Below, in pieces: positions 61,197 through 64,000 of a stretch of DNA of 64,000 nucleotides. Numbering within the stretch: the first letter of the stretch is position 1; every line of letters begins with the position of its first letter. The notes under the pieces were generated by a model. It was given only the letters and a program-made list of their open reading frames with translations. It did not search any database and was not told the DNA's origin. The translations under genes and the position numbers were made by a program. Source of the DNA: an uncultured Nitrospiraceae bacterium (GTDB taxonomy: Bacteria > Nitrospirota > Nitrospiria > Nitrospirales > Nitrospiraceae); NCBI GenBank assembly GCA_963730935.1, contig CAVSTP010000004.1:320001-384000 (forward strand). Direction: 5' to 3'.

Positions 61197-62780
61197 ATGA
61201 GAATTCCGACTCTTATCCTTGCAGTGGCAGGCTCCATTCTTCTGGGGCATATGCCTGCATTTGCAGACGATGAAAAACCAGGCGAGGTTGAAAGCCGTGG
61301 TACCTCGAAAATCGAGCGTCCGATGCAGCCTGGAATGGCTGCGGCACCCGGCGCGCCGGGACAGCAGAAATTCCAGTTGCCCACCTGGCCACAGAAATTC
61401 ACTGTCGAAGACCGGAAACCGGCCTCACTCGGGCTTGCGGTCACGCAGCCCGGACCGCTCGTCGTCGATGTTCAATGGCAAGGGCCGGCGTTGGAGGCGA
61501 CGCTGCGTGGGCCGATCGCACAACCGATCGTGCAACGTGGGCAGGGCCAGCTACGTATTACGTATCAGGTGGCGCCTCAGGACGTCCAGAAAGGCATCCT
61601 ATGGGTGGTGAACTTGACGCTTCCTCCGAATACCAAAGGCCAAGCCACGGGTCAGGTGATGGTGCAACATCCCGCTGTGAACGAGGCGCAAGCCGAAACC
61701 GCAGTGCGCGCGCGGGTTAGCCAGGCGCAGCAACAGACCAAGCTAAGCCCGGCCGAAATTCAGGGTCACACCCAGGCTATCTTACAGGCTCACAAGAATG
61801 AGGATGCGCGACAGTACCAGCAGTACCTCAAGGAGACGGCGCTACAAGCGGACGCGCTTCTGAAGCAAAAGGGCTTTCAGGGACAAGTTCAAAGCAGAGC
61901 GCTCAAGCCGTCCCGAGATCCTGCTGCACAATCTTCACAGATTCCACCCGATGCTCGAAGAAACCTACAGGGGTTGGTACCTCCGCCCCCGCATATCGAC
62001 AGCTTGAGTGTGACGTATGCCTCCCCGGGTGCGAACGTTGTGATTCAAGGCAGTGGTTTCACCAATAGAGTCGGGCATGTCCTGATGTCGACGACGAACG
62101 CAGCGGTGCAGCCGGAGGCGAAGGTGGTTCAAAACGCTTCAGGACCCATTTGGTCCGACACGCTCATCGAGGTCACTGTGCCGGAACTTACCGGCGTCAC
62201 CGTGTTCAACTCGAATTTGTTCGTCGTTGTAGAAGGCGATCCAGCTACCGGTCCACTGATCAGCAATTGGGCTCCGTTCCTATTTACCCCCCGGCAACAG
62301 ACGAGGGTGTTCTCGATGGTGTCACCGATCGATCATCGTCTTGCAACCTCGACTGGTCCTAGCGAACTGGGCGGATTCGGGACTGAGGGAGGGGTGGCTG
62401 GCGAAGACATCAATCACAGCAGGATCGTCGCCACTCTTTTTTTCAATCCCGATATCTTTTTCGGGCACGATGGGCATGACCGGTTCTATGAAAATACCAC
62501 GCTGCAGAACGGCTGGAGAGTGACCTGCGTCGAGGTCATCCCATTTGATCTACACAATTGCCGTCCCAACAATAATACCGTCTATGGCATCCCTCCAGGG
62601 ACAGGGGCGTACATCTACAGCGTGAACCAGAATGCCGGGCCCATAAGGCTCGACGTCAGATGGTGGTTCGACGCATTCGTAATGTTCACGAGCTACAAGT
62701 ATGTCTTTGTTATCAGGGGACCCGAAAATGTACCGGACGGGCTCTTATGCCATACGGTGGCCGCTTGCAGCGCCCCATGA
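61197..62780 (+). CDS. Secreted protein with IPT/TIG-like domain
   Basis: Signal peptide ending AFA; PHIDSLS...PGANVVIQGSGF...WSDTLIEVTVP. Confidence 0.8.
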   Translation: MRIPTLILAVAGSILLGHMPAFADDEKPGEVESRGTSKIERPMQPGMAAAPGAPGQQKFQLPTWPQKFTVEDRKPASLGLAVTQPGPLVVDVQWQGPALEATLRGPIAQPIVQRGQGQLRITYQVAPQDVQKGILWVVNLTLPPNTKGQATGQVMVQHPAVNEAQAETAVRARVSQAQQQTKLSPAEIQGHTQAILQAHKNEDARQYQQYLKETALQADALLKQKGFQGQVQSRALKPSRDPAAQSSQIPPDARRNLQGLVPPPPHIDSLSVTYASPGANVVIQGSGFTNRVGHVLMSTTNAAVQPEAKVVQNASGPIWSDTLIEVTVPELTGVTVFNSNLFVVVEGDPATGPLISNWAPFLFTPRQQTRVFSMVSPIDHRLATSTGPSELGGFGTEGGVAGEDINHSRIVATLFFNPDIFFGHDGHDRFYENTTLQNGWRVTCVEVIPFDLHNCRPNNNTVYGIPPGTGAYIYSVNQNAGPIRLDVRWWFDAFVMFTSYKYVFVIRGPENVPDGLLCHTVAACSAP

Positions 62781-62867
62781 CCATCAGCTGATGGGTTAGC
62801 AGCGCCGAACCATGAGAGAACTATTCGCTGAATGGATCGTAGGGACATTCGTGCACCTGGAGGAATC

Positions 62868-64000
62868 ATGAACCGCAACTTCTATCGGGAATGGCTCATT
62901 GCAGCACTGCTTGTAGCGGGATGCACTGGAAACGAACCCGTCATCGATCCAAGTCCAAACGGAGTCGAGAGCCGCGGCGTGCCGAAGACGCAGCGTCCGG
63001 TGAAGCCGGGGATACAGGAGCAACCAGGTGCCAACCTCAAATCGCCCACTTTTCCACAAAAATTCGAGGTGCAAGGCCCTGAAGTAGACTCCTTCGGGTT
63101 TGCCGTGACACAGCCAGGTCCAATCAACGTCGATGTGCAGGCGCAGGGTGCGCCACTGCTTGTGACACTGCAATCAGCCGGCGGCAAGCCAATCACGCAG
63201 ACTGCGACAGGCGGGCTGCGAATGAGTTACAACGTCACGCCGCAGGATGTGCAACGCAGTGTGTTCTGGGTGGTGCAATTCCGCTTGGCACAGCCAATAC
63301 CGCCGCTGCAGGGCGGTCGCGCAACCGGAACCGTGAACGTGCAATACCCGCCAGTCGATCAAGCGGCAGCTCAGCAGGCCGCGCAAACACAGCTCCGGCC
63401 GCCAACTCAACAGGAACTCGACCAGGCACGCGCACAAGGGGAGGCGCAGGTGACCGAAATCATCAGCGCCAGGAAGGCGCAGTTTGCCCAGGATCAAGAA
63501 CGCCGCTTTCAGTCGGACCGGGCCAGAGTGCAGCCGTTGCTTGATCGCATGAGCGCCGGGACACCAGGACAGGTGCGGTCTCGCGGTCTCGATGAGAAGG
63601 AGCCATCAGCCATTGAGCCGGCACAATCTAGCGAAGAGATTACCTCGCGGGCGATTCCAGACAAGCAAGTACTCCAATCATCCAAGCAACAAACCATCTC
63701 ACAGCAGAACTCCGGAAAGATGTCGGGCATCCTACCTCCGAGTCCGCCACAAATTACCTCATTGAGCGAAACCAGTGGTGGCCCGAAAAAGACGATCATC
63801 ATCAACGGGACTGGCTTCAGCACGGCTCAGGGTCAAGTCTATTTCACTGCGCCACCTGACCGAACATTCTCGGCGACCATCACCAATTGGACGGATACGG
63901 GTATCGGGATTGAAATCCCGAACGTGACGGGCGTCATGCCTTATCAGGCGAATCTCTATGTGCAACGCGGCCAGGACAGGAGCAATACCGTTCTCTTTAG
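62868..64000 (+). CDS. Lipoprotein paralog of the 61197 protein with IPT/TIG-like domain; runs off the window end
   Basis: GGAGG RBS; MNRNFY...LLVAGC lipobox; open to 64000; shares PQKF.V, AVTQPGP and PQDVQ...WVV with the preceding gene. Confidence 0.85.
   Translation, partial: MNRNFYREWLIAALLVAGCTGNEPVIDPSPNGVESRGVPKTQRPVKPGIQEQPGANLKSPTFPQKFEVQGPEVDSFGFAVTQPGPINVDVQAQGAPLLVTLQSAGGKPITQTATGGLRMSYNVTPQDVQRSVFWVVQFRLAQPIPPLQGGRATGTVNVQYPPVDQAAAQQAAQTQLRPPTQQELDQARAQGEAQVTEIISARKAQFAQDQERRFQSDRARVQPLLDRMSAGTPGQVRSRGLDEKEPSAIEPAQSSEEITSRAIPDKQVLQSSKQQTISQQNSGKMSGILPPSPPQITSLSETSGGPKKTIIINGTGFSTAQGQVYFTAPPDRTFSATITNWTDTGIGIEIPNVTGVMPYQANLYVQRGQDRSNTVLF

Noticed and set aside
60607..62841. TGAACT at 60607 and AGAACT at 62817 as ECF promoters
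   Set aside because: No CGAC at the 16-nt spacing

Overview
GC-rich bacterial chromosomal window; gene content and style suggest a Nitrospira-like organism (inference only). It has three blocks. (1) 1-11.8 kb: rph-rdgB followed by a tRNA-Pro(TGG) integration hotspot carrying two decayed islands. One is flanked by a copy of the tRNA 5' half and holds integrase and primase remnants plus 18-bp arm-like repeats. The other is flanked by a copy of the 3' half. (2) 11.9-41.4 kb: a large divergent amino-acid/acyl-CoA catabolic cluster. It includes tryptophanase, a heme-oxygenase-like diiron enzyme, a half-size HPPD-like protein, hmgA, FAH, 2-oxoacid dehydrogenase E1/E2, a B12 mutase with isobutyryl-CoA mutase signature residues, lower leucine-pathway genes and the methylcitrate cycle. 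(3) 41.5-64 kb: a candidate undescribed extracytoplasmic proteolytic signalling system. It comprises an ECF sigma factor, a zinc-binding anti-sigma factor, three exported caspase-family proteases (one DUF4384-like, two WD40 lipoproteins), a low-complexity DUF4384-like lipoprotein and several secreted proteins. Five copies of a TGAAC(C/T)-N16-CGAC promoter motif and a recurring (V/I)-x-(S/T)-R-(G/A/S) linker motif, a plausible Arg-specific cleavage site, tie this block together. Several 1-2 nt indels at 39.9-41.6 kb and about 46.07 kb look like sequencing errors. All family assignments are from motif recognition, not database searches.
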